DNA of 64,000 nt. It comes from an uncultured Saprospiraceae bacterium. Its GTDB lineage: Bacteria; Bacteroidota; Bacteroidia; Chitinophagales; Saprospiraceae. The stretch is taken from NCBI GenBank assembly GCA_964617515.1, contig CAZTXO010000005.1:98-64097 (forward strand), written 5' to 3'. Numbering within the stretch: position 1 is the stretch's first letter; each line of letters opens with the position of its first letter. The notes beneath the pieces were generated by a model, which was not told the origin of the DNA, did not search any database, and worked only from the letters and a program-made list of their open reading frames with translations. The translations under genes were made by a program, and so were the position numbers. This document shows positions 55,368 through 64,000 of the stretch, piece after piece.

Positions 55368-56010
55368 TCTTATCCTGTACAAGGATCACCACCTACTCGT
55401 GCTCAACAAACCCGCAGGCCTTCCGACGCAACAAGATCCATCCGGAGACACCAGCGCCCACCGCATGGCCATGGCCTACGCGCACCGCGATCTCTATCTC
55501 ATCCACCGCCTTGACCGGCGCGTCAGCGGCGTACTCGTTTTCGCCAAAACCAAAACCGCAGCGGCCCACCTGGCCCGGCAATGGGAGGAAAATAAAGTCA
55601 GGAAAATCTACCTCGCGATCGTCCCCGCAAAGGACATTCCGGCCACCGGGCAATTGCACCATTACCTGACCTACGATTCAAAACAAAACGTAACCACCGC
55701 GCATGCAGCTCCATTATCGGGCGCAGATGAAGCTGTGCTCAGTTACGAAATAGTCCAGTCACTGGACCATTTCATGGTGCTGCGGATCGATCTCATCAGC
55801 GGCCGAAAGCACCAGATCCGCGCCCAGTTGTCCGCCATCGGTCTCCCGATCCGCGGGGACATCAAATACGGATCGAAACGTACCAACCCGGATGGCTCCA
55901 TCGATCTCCATGCCTATTCGATCCAGGTGCAACATCCGGCCAGGGAAGAATATAGAAAGTTTGTGGCGCCTTTGCCGGAAGAAGGCTTGTGGCCAAATGT
56001 AAAAGAGTGA
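55330..56010 (+). CDS. RluA-family pseudouridine synthase
   Basis: LLVLNKPAGLPTQ, catalytic HRLDRRVSGVLVFAKT and HQIRAQL. An alternative start is at 55351. Confidence 0.85.
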   Translation: MKRSNGSMKKISDLILYKDHHLLVLNKPAGLPTQQDPSGDTSAHRMAMAYAHRDLYLIHRLDRRVSGVLVFAKTKTAAAHLARQWEENKVRKIYLAIVPAKDIPATGQLHHYLTYDSKQNVTTAHAAPLSGADEAVLSYEIVQSLDHFMVLRIDLISGRKHQIRAQLSAIGLPIRGDIKYGSKRTNPDGSIDLHAYSIQVQHPAREEYRKFVAPLPEEGLWPNVKE

Positions 56011-56041
56011 GAGAGCGAGAAAGCGAGAGAGTGAGAGGAAG
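56011..56041 (+). repeat. GA-rich tract directly after the stop codon
   Basis: gagagcgagaaagcgagagagtgagaggaag begins at the first nt after the TGA at 56008-56010. Confidence 0.8.
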
Positions 56042-56084
56042 ATTTTCGTATTGAAAACAGAAACAACACGTTTATTCGGGCATT

Positions 56085-57125
56085 ATGGATAGCGAGAAAC
56101 AAGTTCCAAGGACAGATATCAGCACCCTCGGTGAATTCGGCTTGATCGACCGACTGGCCGCGCGCTTCACCCTTCGGCGAAGGGAGACAATCAAAGGGAT
56201 CGGGGATGACGCGGCGGTCCTCGATTATGGCGGGCAACCGGTTATCGTCACGACGGACATGCTGGTGGAAGGCATTCACTTTGACCTGATGTATTATCCG
56301 CTGAAACACCTCGGGTACAAATCCGTCATCGTCAACCTCTCCGATATCTGCGCGATGAATGCCATCCCCAAACACATCACCGTCTCGATCGCCCTGAGCA
56401 ACCGGTTTTCTGTCGAAGCGGTGGATGAATTGTATGAAGGAATCCGCACCGCCTGTGAATTGTACGAGGTGGACCTGGTCGGGGGAGATACGACTTCTTC
56501 CCCCAAAGGACTGACGATTTCCATCACCGCTCTGGGAACAGCTCCGCCTGAAAAAATCACTTACCGCAACGGCGCCAGGCCGGGCGATATCTTATGTGTG
56601 ACCGGTGACCTGGGCGCGGCATACCTGGGCCTTCAACTGCTCGAACGGGAGAAGCAGGTATTTCTGTCCGCCCCGGGAACGCAACCGCAACTGGATGAAA
56701 AAAAATATCTCATCGGCCGCCAGCTCAAACCCGAAGCCCGTCTCGAAGCCGTCCACTATTTTGAAAAAGTCGGGTTGAAACCCACGTCGATGATCGATGT
56801 ATCCGACGGACTCGCTTCCGACCTGATGCACCTCTGCAAATCCTCCGGCACCGGCGCCTTTGTCGAGGAAGCCCAGGTACCCATCCATGATGAAGCCCGG
56901 ATGCAAGCCCTGGAGTTTCACCTGGATCCAATCACCTGCGCACTGCATGGCGGGGAGGACTATGAATTGCTCTTCACCGTGGATCCGAAGGACCTGGAAA
57001 AGGTTCGCTACATGGACAGTGTCTATATCATCGGCGAGATGACCCGGCAGGAAGATGGATTGAAACTGCACACCAGCGGTGGACAGATTCATCCACTCAC
57101 CGCGCAGGGATGGACACATTTTTAG
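56085..57125 (+). CDS. thiL: thiamine-monophosphate kinase
   Basis: Motifs: IGDDAAVL, TDMLVEGIHF, VGGDTT and GGEDYELLF. Confidence 0.9.
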   Translation: MDSEKQVPRTDISTLGEFGLIDRLAARFTLRRRETIKGIGDDAAVLDYGGQPVIVTTDMLVEGIHFDLMYYPLKHLGYKSVIVNLSDICAMNAIPKHITVSIALSNRFSVEAVDELYEGIRTACELYEVDLVGGDTTSSPKGLTISITALGTAPPEKITYRNGARPGDILCVTGDLGAAYLGLQLLEREKQVFLSAPGTQPQLDEKKYLIGRQLKPEARLEAVHYFEKVGLKPTSMIDVSDGLASDLMHLCKSSGTGAFVEEAQVPIHDEARMQALEFHLDPITCALHGGEDYELLFTVDPKDLEKVRYMDSVYIIGEMTRQEDGLKLHTSGGQIHPLTAQGWTHF

Positions 57126-57164
57126 ATGCCAGACGCCAGACTACTCAAGGCCGGACTGGACATC

Positions 57165-57551
57165 CTAATTCAGGACATCCGGCATGACCAGTTTAAATTC
57201 GGGGATATCAACGGTGAATGCCTCCCCTGTGTCAAGGCGGATCATGTGGTAATAGCCGGACATCATGCCGATCGGGAAGGCCAGCACGCAAAAGCTGCTG
57301 TAGGAATGAATGGCGGACGGTTCGATCACCGGCTGCTCGCCAACCACGCCGTCGCCATCCACTACTTTACGGGTTCCATCTGCCTCGGTGATATCCCAGT
57401 GACGGGATATCAGCTGAACAGAATACTCATTGTAATTGGTGATCTGGATGGTGTATACATGGAGGTATTGTGACCGGTGCGGAAAAGAATGGCCGGGCTG
57501 AAACTGGCTTTCTACCCCGATCTGAATCCCATGTGTCGTCAGCAAAGGCAT
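57165..57551 (-). CDS. apaG: ApaG protein
   Basis: I chose the start at MPLLTTHGIQIGVESQFQPGHS. Also YTIQITN and L.SRHW.ITEADG. The resulting length is 128 aa. Confidence 0.85.
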   Translation of the reverse strand: MPLLTTHGIQIGVESQFQPGHSFPHRSQYLHVYTIQITNYNEYSVQLISRHWDITEADGTRKVVDGDGVVGEQPVIEPSAIHSYSSFCVLAFPIGMMSGYYHMIRLDTGEAFTVDIPEFKLVMPDVLN

Positions 57552-57555
57552 GGGA

Positions 57556-58125
57556 CTAAAGTAAAAATTTCCGAACAATGTCTTCCGCTTCCATCATCGT
57601 GCGATCCAGTTGGTCATTGAGCAGGGTGACATCAAACGCGTGTTCGAAGGTCAGCTCCTGGCGCGCCTTTTGGAGGCGCTTGCGGATGCCCTCCTCGGTT
57701 TCTGTCCCGCGTGCCCGCAGCCGGTGTTCGAGTTCTTCCATCGAGGGCACCTTGATAAATACAGCCAGTGTTTCGGCGGGAAAAAGGCGCTTAATATTCA
57801 GGGCCCCTTTGACATCCACGTCGAAGAGGACGTGCTTGCCCAATTGATGGAGGCGGTCAATCTCAGTGCGGAGGGTGCCGTAGAATTGGCCCGGATACAC
57901 TTCCTCCCATTCGATAAATGCGCCGTATCCGATCCAGCGCCGGAATGTCTCCTCGGAAATAAAATAATAATCGCATCCATGCACCTCGTGCGACCTTCTG
58001 GGACGCGTGGTGGCGGAGACGGAAAAAGCGGTTTCCGGAATGGCGGACAGGATGTGTCTGACAAGGGTCGTTTTACCCGAACCGCTGGGAGCCGTGAAGA
58101 CAATCAGCTTGCCGGAAAGGCTCAT
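57556..58125 (-). CDS. gmk: guanylate kinase
   Basis: I chose the start at MSLSGKLIVFTAPSGSGKTTLV, which forms an ATGA overlap with the yicC stop. Confidence 0.92.
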   Translation of the reverse strand: MSLSGKLIVFTAPSGSGKTTLVRHILSAIPETAFSVSATTRPRRSHEVHGCDYYFISEETFRRWIGYGAFIEWEEVYPGQFYGTLRTEIDRLHQLGKHVLFDVDVKGALNIKRLFPAETLAVFIKVPSMEELEHRLRARGTETEEGIRKRLQKARQELTFEHAFDVTLLNDQLDRTMMEAEDIVRKFLL

Positions 58126-59000
58126 ACGATATTGGCCAGTTGTTCTTTGATTTTCTCCAGTTCGTTTTTCATACTGACGACGAGGTGCTGGAGCGGACTC
58201 CATTGCGCTTTGGCCCCCAGCGTGTTGATTTCACGGCCGATTTCCTGGGAGATAAAATTGAGTTGCTTGGATTTCATGTCCAGGTCGCCCTGCAGCGTCT
58301 GCATGAAAAAAGTGCAATGTTGCTGGAGGCGCACTTTTTCTTCATTGATGTCGAGCCGCTCCAGGTAGTAGATGAGTTCCTGCTCAAAACGGTTAGGATC
58401 GACCTGTTCGCCGCTGGCAAATTCTTCCAGCTTTTGCTTCATGCGGGTCCGGACGTAGGTGAGCCGTTCCTGGTCATGCACGTCGATCTGCCCGCTCATC
58501 CGGAAGATGGCGGAAGCGGATTGATGAAGATCATTATACAGGCTTTTTCCTTCATTCTCCCGGAAAACGATCAGTTGATCAATCGATTTATTGACGGCTT
58601 CCAGGATCGCCTGCCAAAGGGCATCGTCAATCTCGGTCGTAGCGCCCGTGCGGAGGATATTGGGCAGCTTGAGCACTTCGTGCAGGATCTGGTCGGGACC
58701 TACCCCCAGTTCCGCGGCGATCTCCTGGAGCTGGTGAAAATGTTTTTTGATCAGCCCTTTGTCAAAGTCGATATCGTCTATCGCCACATCGCCTTCAAAA
58801 GAGACCGTCATTTCGATCTTGCCGCGTTGTGTGCGTTGGAGGACCAGGTTCCGCAGGTCTATCTCTCTTTCTCCCAGGCTGACCGGCAGTTTAATACGCA
58901 AATCCGTCACTTTGGAATTGAGGGAGCGGATCTCCGACAGCACTTGCATATCCTGGTAAAGTGCCGCACCCCGCCCGTAACCGGTCATGCTCTGAATCAT
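58122..59000 (-). CDS. yicC: YicC-family stress-induced protein
   Basis: I chose the start at MIQSMTGYGRG. The C-terminus has EIGREINTLGAKA. A near-consensus box tatcttcg lies 4 nt upstream. Confidence 0.88.
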   Translation of the reverse strand: MIQSMTGYGRGAALYQDMQVLSEIRSLNSKVTDLRIKLPVSLGEREIDLRNLVLQRTQRGKIEMTVSFEGDVAIDDIDFDKGLIKKHFHQLQEIAAELGVGPDQILHEVLKLPNILRTGATTEIDDALWQAILEAVNKSIDQLIVFRENEGKSLYNDLHQSASAIFRMSGQIDVHDQERLTYVRTRMKQKLEEFASGEQVDPNRFEQELIYYLERLDINEEKVRLQQHCTFFMQTLQGDLDMKSKQLNFISQEIGREINTLGAKAQWSPLQHLVVSMKNELEKIKEQLANIV

Positions 59001-59266
59001 CAGGCGAAGATAGTTTTTTGGAGGCGATGGCTGACGAAGAGGCGGCACTCCGGGGTAGTGCATTACGTGGGCGGTATCCCGGGCGAAGCCGTTGGGGCTG
59101 GGTCGGGAATCGGCACGGGTAATAGAGATATCCTCATAGACAAGGAGTTATGAACCCATGGGGAAAATAAATATATGTAACCCCATGATTCAAAATCGGA
59201 ACATTTTTAGAACTTTGCCCTCCCGAATTGCTTTGGAAAAAGCATAACCTACTATAAATCAGAGTA

Positions 59267-59560
59267 ATGAGAAAAGCAGATTTAGTCAACATCATTGCCG
59301 AGAAAACCGGTGTACCCAAAGTGGACGTCCTGGTGACCATGGAGACCTTTTTTACCGAGATCAAGATCTCGCTGGCCAAGGGTGAAAATGTCTATATCCG
59401 CGGTTTTGGGTCCTTTATTACCAAGAAAAGAGCAAAAAAAGTCGGACGGCACATCAAAAACAATGTGTCCATCGAGATTCCGGCGCATTATATCCCATCC
59501 TTCAAGCCGGCCAAGATTTTTGTGGATGAGGTAAAGGATGGCGTAAAACCTGAAGAATAG
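59267..59560 (+). CDS. hup: HU-family DNA-binding protein
   Basis: DLVNIIAEKTGVPKVDV and IRGFGSF...RHIKNN...IPA form the HU arm pattern. Confidence 0.9.
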   Translation: MRKADLVNIIAEKTGVPKVDVLVTMETFFTEIKISLAKGENVYIRGFGSFITKKRAKKVGRHIKNNVSIEIPAHYIPSFKPAKIFVDEVKDGVKPEE

Positions 59561-59568
59561 TCTTTCGG

Positions 59569-60360
59569 GTGAAGGTCAGCGAGCAGGCCCTCTATATCGT
59601 CGGCGCCATTGCCCTTACGGGCCTTCTCTATTTCGGGTTTGATACCAAACCCTCCACGCAAAAAGCCCTCGAAAAGTCGAGAGCCCTTACTACCAAAGAA
59701 TTTGACATCGCTTCACTGGAAAAAGAAGTGCGGCCTCAGCTGAAAGAAGAAGAAACCGTCTATCTCGAAACGCTGGAAGCGCAGTTGCAGCATGTGGATC
59801 AGGATTCCCAGCGCCTGCACCTGCAAAAGCAGCTTTCAGGATTTTGGTTTTCCCTGGGAGAACCGATATTGGCCGGGATGTATGCCCGGATGGTGGCGGA
59901 AACCGACAAGTCAGCATCCAGCTGGTCCATCGCCGGCACTACCTATGCCGCTGCCCTGGCAAACAAGGAAATCGGGGATAAAAAACTATCCTTCGCGCGC
60001 GATGAAGCGCTGGAATGTTTCGAAAACGCCATTTCGCTCGAGCCCCGGGTGGTTGACCACCGGATCAATCAGGCGTTGTGCTATATCGAAGCGCCCTTGC
60101 CGGATACTCCGATGAAAGGCATCCAGATGCTGGCCCAGCTGGCCCGCGATTATCCGGATTCCCCGCTGCCGCCCTTTCACCTGGCGAGGCTCGCCCTCCG
60201 GACAGGACAATACGAACGGGCTACCGAACGAATTGAACAGGCCCTTCGTTTAGATCCGAAAAGCGGGAAAACTGCCTGCCTGGCCATCGAGATCTATACG
60301 TCCCTCGGGCAGGCCGACAAAGCGGACAAGCTGAAAAGCCTGTGTGCGACCAAACAATGA
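59569..60360 (+). CDS. TPR-repeat membrane-anchored protein
   Basis: Has an N-terminal TM helix and TPR-like helical repeats. GTG start. Confidence 0.55.
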   Translation: MKVSEQALYIVGAIALTGLLYFGFDTKPSTQKALEKSRALTTKEFDIASLEKEVRPQLKEEETVYLETLEAQLQHVDQDSQRLHLQKQLSGFWFSLGEPILAGMYARMVAETDKSASSWSIAGTTYAAALANKEIGDKKLSFARDEALECFENAISLEPRVVDHRINQALCYIEAPLPDTPMKGIQMLAQLARDYPDSPLPPFHLARLALRTGQYERATERIEQALRLDPKSGKTACLAIEIYTSLGQADKADKLKSLCATKQ

Positions 60361-60398
60361 CATGACATTCATTTTTAAAAAATATAATTTTTTAGCGT

Positions 60399-60494
60399 AT
60401 GCCTTGCGGTAAGAAAAGAAAAAGACATAAGATCGCTACACACAAGCGGAAGAAGCGTCTGCGTAAAAACAGACATAAGAAGAAGAACAGATAA
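60399..60494 (+). CDS. 31-aa highly basic protein, bS22 / AURKAIP1-COX24 (mS38)-like small ribosomal protein candidate (absent from ORF track)
   Basis: The ATG at 60399 opens MPCGKKRKRHKIATHKRKKRLRKNRHKKKNR, ending at a TAA. A near-consensus taattttt box lies 6 nt upstream. The antisense ORF 60392-60583 has no features. Confidence 0.55.
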   Translation: MPCGKKRKRHKIATHKRKKRLRKNRHKKKNR

Positions 60495-60797
60495 GCATTT
60501 TGATCAAACGGCATCAACGCAGTCCGATGTCCAGGATATTGGCCATACAATAGCGAAAGGCCTGCCGGAAGTCCAGTGCCCATTCTGTTCCCATCCTCCT
60601 TCCCTGTGTGTCATAGGATCCTAATGGCCTGCCTCCGGTATAGCATCGCTGCAACAAAAACGATATACCCTATTGCCGACAATCAATGCCTGGTTTCCGC
60701 CTCGCCCTCCGGGGCGCGGTCGTGTCCCGAGTGGTTTTGATGTTATGTTTTCCGGATAAGGACTGACGATATGCCATCGAGCATATAGGGTATTGTT

Positions 60798-62348
60798 ATG
60801 GACAAAGAACTCATCGTCCAGGGGTCTCCGACAAGAGTGGAGATCGCGCTAGTGGAAGATCAGAAGCTGGTGGAGCTCCACCAGCAAAAGACCAAGACCA
60901 ATTTCTCCGTGGGAGATATTTTCCTGGGCAAGATCAAAAAGATCATGCCCAGCCTCAACGCCGTCTTTGTGGATATCGACCACCGCAAAGACGCCTTCCT
61001 GCATTACACCGACATGGGCCCCAAGCTCCGTACGGTGATGAAGTATACGGAAGACAGCATCTCCGGCAAACAGCAGACAGCCCTGCTGGACAACTTTGAA
61101 TTTGAGCCGGAAATCCTCAAGACAGGCAAAGTCGACCAGGTGCTGAAAAAGAATGAGAACATCCTCATTCAGATCCTCAAGGAACCCATCTCCACCAAAG
61201 GCCCCAGGCTGAGCTGTGAAATCACCATTCCCGGAAGGTTTATCGTCCTCACCCCGTTTACCAATACGATCGCCGTTTCGAAAAAAGTCAGCAGCCAGGA
61301 GGAGCGCAAGCGCCTGCAACTCCTGGTGGAATCCATCCGTCCCAAAAACTTCGGGATCATCGTGCGCACGGCGGCCGAAGGCAAGAAAGTGGCCGACCTG
61401 CATGAAGAACTCAAGGAACTGCTGGACAAATGGAGCCAGATCCACAAGCAACTCTATAAGCGTCAGCAACCCGCCAAATTGCTGAGCGAACTGGATAAGA
61501 CCAGTTCGATCCTCCGGGACATGCTCAACGATGATTTTACCAACATCATCGTCAATGACAAGGACATCTTTGACAATATCCAGGAATACCTGGAAAACAT
61601 CGCGCCGGGAAAAAAGGATATCATCTCCCTCTACAAAGGCAAGAAGCCCGTCTTTGACACCTATGGCGTCAACCGGCAGATCAAATCCTCCTTCGGCAAA
61701 ACGGCGACCCTGCCCAGCGGCGCCTATCTCGTGATCGAATCCACAGAGGCGATGCACGTCATCGATGTCAATTCCGGACCCAAGATGCAGCGCAAGGACC
61801 AGGAGAGCACCGCGATCGCCGTCAACATGGAAGCTGCCGAAGAGATCGCCCGCCAGCTCCGGCTGCGCGATATCGGCGGACTCATCGTCATCGACTTTAT
61901 CGACATGCGCTCACAGGAGAATAAAAACGAGCTCATCCGGCACATGAAGGACCTGATGAAGCGGGACAGCGCCCAGCACACCATCCTGCCCCTGAGCAAA
62001 TTCGGACTCATGCAGATCACCCGCCAGCGCGTGCGGCCGGAAGTCAAGATCGATACCGCGGAAGTATGTTACACTTGTCACGGAACCGGTAAGGTCAATC
62101 CGACCATCCTCATCACGGACGATATCCAACGCGACCTGGAGTACATCCGCCAAAGCCGTCCCAAAACATCCGTCCGGCTCGAAGTCCATCCCTACCTGCA
62201 TGCCTACCTGAAACAGGGCTTCCCCAATTTCCAGATGCGATGGTGGTGGAAAAACCAGCGCTGGATCAGGATCGGCCCCAATACGGATTTCAGCCTGCAT
62301 GAGTACAAGTTTTTCGATAAGAACAATGATGAGATCAGGCTGTATTGA
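60798..62348 (+). CDS. rng: Rne/Rng-family ribonuclease (RNase G/E catalytic domain)
   Basis: S1 domain GDIFLGKIKKIMPSLNAVFVDI, DNase-I-like VIDVNSG and the Zn-link CYTCHGTG. Confidence 0.9.
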   Translation: MDKELIVQGSPTRVEIALVEDQKLVELHQQKTKTNFSVGDIFLGKIKKIMPSLNAVFVDIDHRKDAFLHYTDMGPKLRTVMKYTEDSISGKQQTALLDNFEFEPEILKTGKVDQVLKKNENILIQILKEPISTKGPRLSCEITIPGRFIVLTPFTNTIAVSKKVSSQEERKRLQLLVESIRPKNFGIIVRTAAEGKKVADLHEELKELLDKWSQIHKQLYKRQQPAKLLSELDKTSSILRDMLNDDFTNIIVNDKDIFDNIQEYLENIAPGKKDIISLYKGKKPVFDTYGVNRQIKSSFGKTATLPSGAYLVIESTEAMHVIDVNSGPKMQRKDQESTAIAVNMEAAEEIARQLRLRDIGGLIVIDFIDMRSQENKNELIRHMKDLMKRDSAQHTILPLSKFGLMQITRQRVRPEVKIDTAEVCYTCHGTGKVNPTILITDDIQRDLEYIRQSRPKTSVRLEVHPYLHAYLKQGFPNFQMRWWWKNQRWIRIGPNTDFSLHEYKFFDKNNDEIRLY

Positions 62349-62352
62349 TGGG

Positions 62353-62504
62353 TTGTTTAACTGTTTAACTGGTTAACTGTTTAACTGGTTAACTGTTTAA
62401 CTGGTTAACTGTTTATTCGTTTAATCGCCTAATCGCCTAATCGTCTAATCGTCTAATCGTTTAACTGGTTAACTGTTTATTCGTTTAATCGCCTAATCAC
62501 CTAA
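62353..62504 (+). repeat. 19 consecutive 8-nt units (YYRNYTAA) in perfect register
   Basis: Units are ctgtttaa, ctggttaa, tcgtttaa, tcgcctaa, tcgtctaa and similar. 17 of 19 end in TAA. A 34-nt higher-order repeat occurs at 62401-62434 and 62465-62498. Confidence 0.9.
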
Positions 62505-62511
62505 CCGTCCC

Positions 62512-62895
62512 TTGAAACCTGACATCACCTCCGAAGACGACATCAAAAACCTGGTGGATACCTTTTACGCCAAAGTCAAAAGGGACGATGTCATCGGGTA
62601 TATTTTCACGGATGTCGTGGACGTGGATTGGGAGCATCATCTTCCGAAGATGTATGCGTTCTGGCAGTTTCTTTTATTGGGACAGGATACCTATCGCGGC
62701 AATCCGATGGAAGCGCATCGGCGGGTGCATCAACGCGAGCCGCTGACCGAAGCGCATTTTGACCGGTGGCTCAGGCTCTTTCAGGAGACGGTCGACGAAT
62801 TGTTTGAAGGAATGGTGGCAGAGGAAGCAAAGAACCGGTCCCGGCTCATCGCCCTCACGTGGAAGCCCAAGTTTACGGGATCCTCTTTTGCCTGA
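62512..62895 (+). CDS. group III truncated hemoglobin-like globin
   Basis: DIKNLVDTFYAKV, WEHHLPKMYAFWQFLLLG and HRRVH...EAHFDRWL. TTG start. Confidence 0.75.
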   Translation: MKPDITSEDDIKNLVDTFYAKVKRDDVIGYIFTDVVDVDWEHHLPKMYAFWQFLLLGQDTYRGNPMEAHRRVHQREPLTEAHFDRWLRLFQETVDELFEGMVAEEAKNRSRLIALTWKPKFTGSSFA

Positions 62896-63005
62896 TTCAT
62901 CCGCCGGATTGGCCGCTTCATCCTATTTTGATTTTCTTTTTACCTTAGAAAAGTAATATTCGGGATGAATCCGGCATTTTGCTATCATCATCCATCCTTG
63001 CAGGC

Positions 63006-64000
63006 GTGAAGATTTTTTTTCCGGTATTGAATTGGGGTCTCGGGCATGCCAGCCGGTCACTGCCGGTCATCCGGACCTATATCGCCCAGGGTCATGAGGT
63101 ACTCTGCGCCTCCGATGGGGAAGCTCTTACCATGCTGCGCAAAGAATTGCCCGGCCAGATGGTGCTCCAGTTGCCCGGCTACGGCATCCAGTACGAAAGC
63201 CGCTTCATGCCCTACAACATGCTTAAACACGGCCCCAGCATGCTCCGGACCATGCGCGAGGAGCACGAACTCACCAAAGTCATCGTCAAGAGGCACCAGA
63301 TCGACTGCATCATTTCAGACAACCGTTACGGATGTTATCTGCCGGATAAGCCTTCCGCCCTCATCACGCACCAGCTACAGGTATTCACGGGACAGAAAAT
63401 ACTGGACGTCTATATCCGCCGCCAGATCCGGTCCTGGTTTAAGCGGTTTACGGAAATATGGATACCGGACCTGCCACCACCCGTCAACATCACCGGCGAA
63501 CTGACCGACATCGATACCAGCCCGATCCCGAAGTATTATCTCGGCATCATTTCGGAATTGAACAGCCAACCCGCTGACGGACGTTTTGACGCGGTGGCCA
63601 TCCTCTCCGGACCGGAACCCCAGCGTACTCATTTTGAAACGCTGGTCAAACAACAGTTGTCCGCGATGAAGGGACACTACGCCATAGTCCGGGGCAGACC
63701 GGACATCGATGAAGTCATCCGGGAAGAGGGAAACCTGCTCATTTATTCTTTTCTTTCCCGCGCCGGCATTTCCACGCTTCTCCAGCAAACCCGCGTGGTC
63801 ATTTCCCGGAGCGGGTATACGACGCTCATGGACCTTGCCCGGACAGGGCACCACGCCATCTTATGCCCCACCCCCGGCCAGTATGAACAAATCTATCTCG
63901 CGGACCGGCTCAACAAATTGAATCAATGCGTCTACCGGCGGCAGGATAACCTGGATCTCGAATCCGCCCTGGCGGAAGTCGCACAGAAAGACCGCGTAGG
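63006..64000 (+). CDS. GT28/MurG-like glycosyltransferase, C-terminus cut by window edge (absent from ORF track)
   Basis: The GTG at 63006 opens a frame that runs to the window end: MKIFFPVLNWGLGHASRSLPVIR...ISRSGYTTLMDL...PTPGQYEQ. The listed ORF 63046-63504 is in another frame. Confidence 0.7.
   Translation, partial: MKIFFPVLNWGLGHASRSLPVIRTYIAQGHEVLCASDGEALTMLRKELPGQMVLQLPGYGIQYESRFMPYNMLKHGPSMLRTMREEHELTKVIVKRHQIDCIISDNRYGCYLPDKPSALITHQLQVFTGQKILDVYIRRQIRSWFKRFTEIWIPDLPPPVNITGELTDIDTSPIPKYYLGIISELNSQPADGRFDAVAILSGPEPQRTHFETLVKQQLSAMKGHYAIVRGRPDIDEVIREEGNLLIYSFLSRAGISTLLQQTRVVISRSGYTTLMDLARTGHHAILCPTPGQYEQIYLADRLNKLNQCVYRRQDNLDLESALAEVAQKDRV

Noticed and set aside
56011-56084. TPP riboswitch upstream of thiL.
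   Set aside because: The 74-nt spacer is a GA-rich tract plus an A-rich sequence. It lacks the conserved CUGAGA and ACCUGA-type elements of THI-box RNAs.
62353-62504. CRISPR interpretation of the 8-nt array, and likewise of the 9-nt array at 15656-15700.
   Set aside because: The units are contiguous with no unique spacers and are far shorter than CRISPR repeats. No cas genes are present in the window.
63046-63504. Tracked 152-aa ORF MPAGHCRSSGP...
   Set aside because: It is a Pro/Ser/Arg/Cys-rich frame overlapping a much better frame, GTG 63006 onward. That frame encodes a GT28/MurG-like protein and stays open to the window end.

Overview
This is a 64-kb chromosomal segment that looks like it comes from a member of the Bacteroidota. 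The evidence is a SusC/SusD pair, several proteins ending in T9SS-type C-terminal sorting domains, TAnnTTTG promoter boxes and no obvious Shine-Dalgarno sequences. All calls come from reading the translated ORFs and the DNA by eye, with no database search.

Layout:
- 1-13.5 kb: mostly minus-strand secreted or lipoprotein hydrolases. These are a retropepsin-like protease plus a triple-CBM48 protein, a class-3 lipase, an EEP nuclease/phosphatase, an S41 peptidase and an S8 peptidase. The block is bracketed by two inverted copies of a 95-nt repeat.
- 14-30 kb: one long plus-strand run. It holds dnaB, rluB, a GGGPS/PcrB-like prenyltransferase, a 929-aa HExxH/propeller/barrel protein, rsgA, a hydrolase, a GHMP (mevalonate-type) kinase, recX, a second hydrolase and a ~1680-aa C25 gingipain-like protein.
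- 30-38.4 kb: an ABC-transporter (Wzm/Wzt) type glycan cluster with three paralogous transferases, a GT2 and two methyltransferases.
- 38.5-52.2 kb: a polysaccharide utilization locus. It holds SusD, SusC, GH3, two glucoamylase-like (GH144-type) proteins and a 1051-aa six-repeat T9SS cargo protein.
- 52-64 kb: housekeeping genes. These are a GxxExxY protein, ECF sigma, trmB, ogt, rluA-like, thiL, apaG, gmk, yicC, HU, an untracked 31-aa basic ORF, rng/rne, a truncated hemoglobin and a GT28-like gene.

I found no rRNA, tRNA, CRISPR array, transposase or recognisable defence system. The most noteworthy items are:
- the T9SS-coupled candidate beta-1,2-glucan PUL with its six-repeat surface protein
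- the HExxH/propeller/barrel protein inside an isoprenoid-flavoured operon
- the C25 protein adjacent to the Wzm/Wzt glycan cluster
- the tandem-retropepsin plus CBM48 pair
- TAnnTTTG boxes 4-5 nt from start codons, which predict leaderless mRNAs
- several unusual intergenic repeat structures

None of these is proven to be a new system from sequence alone.
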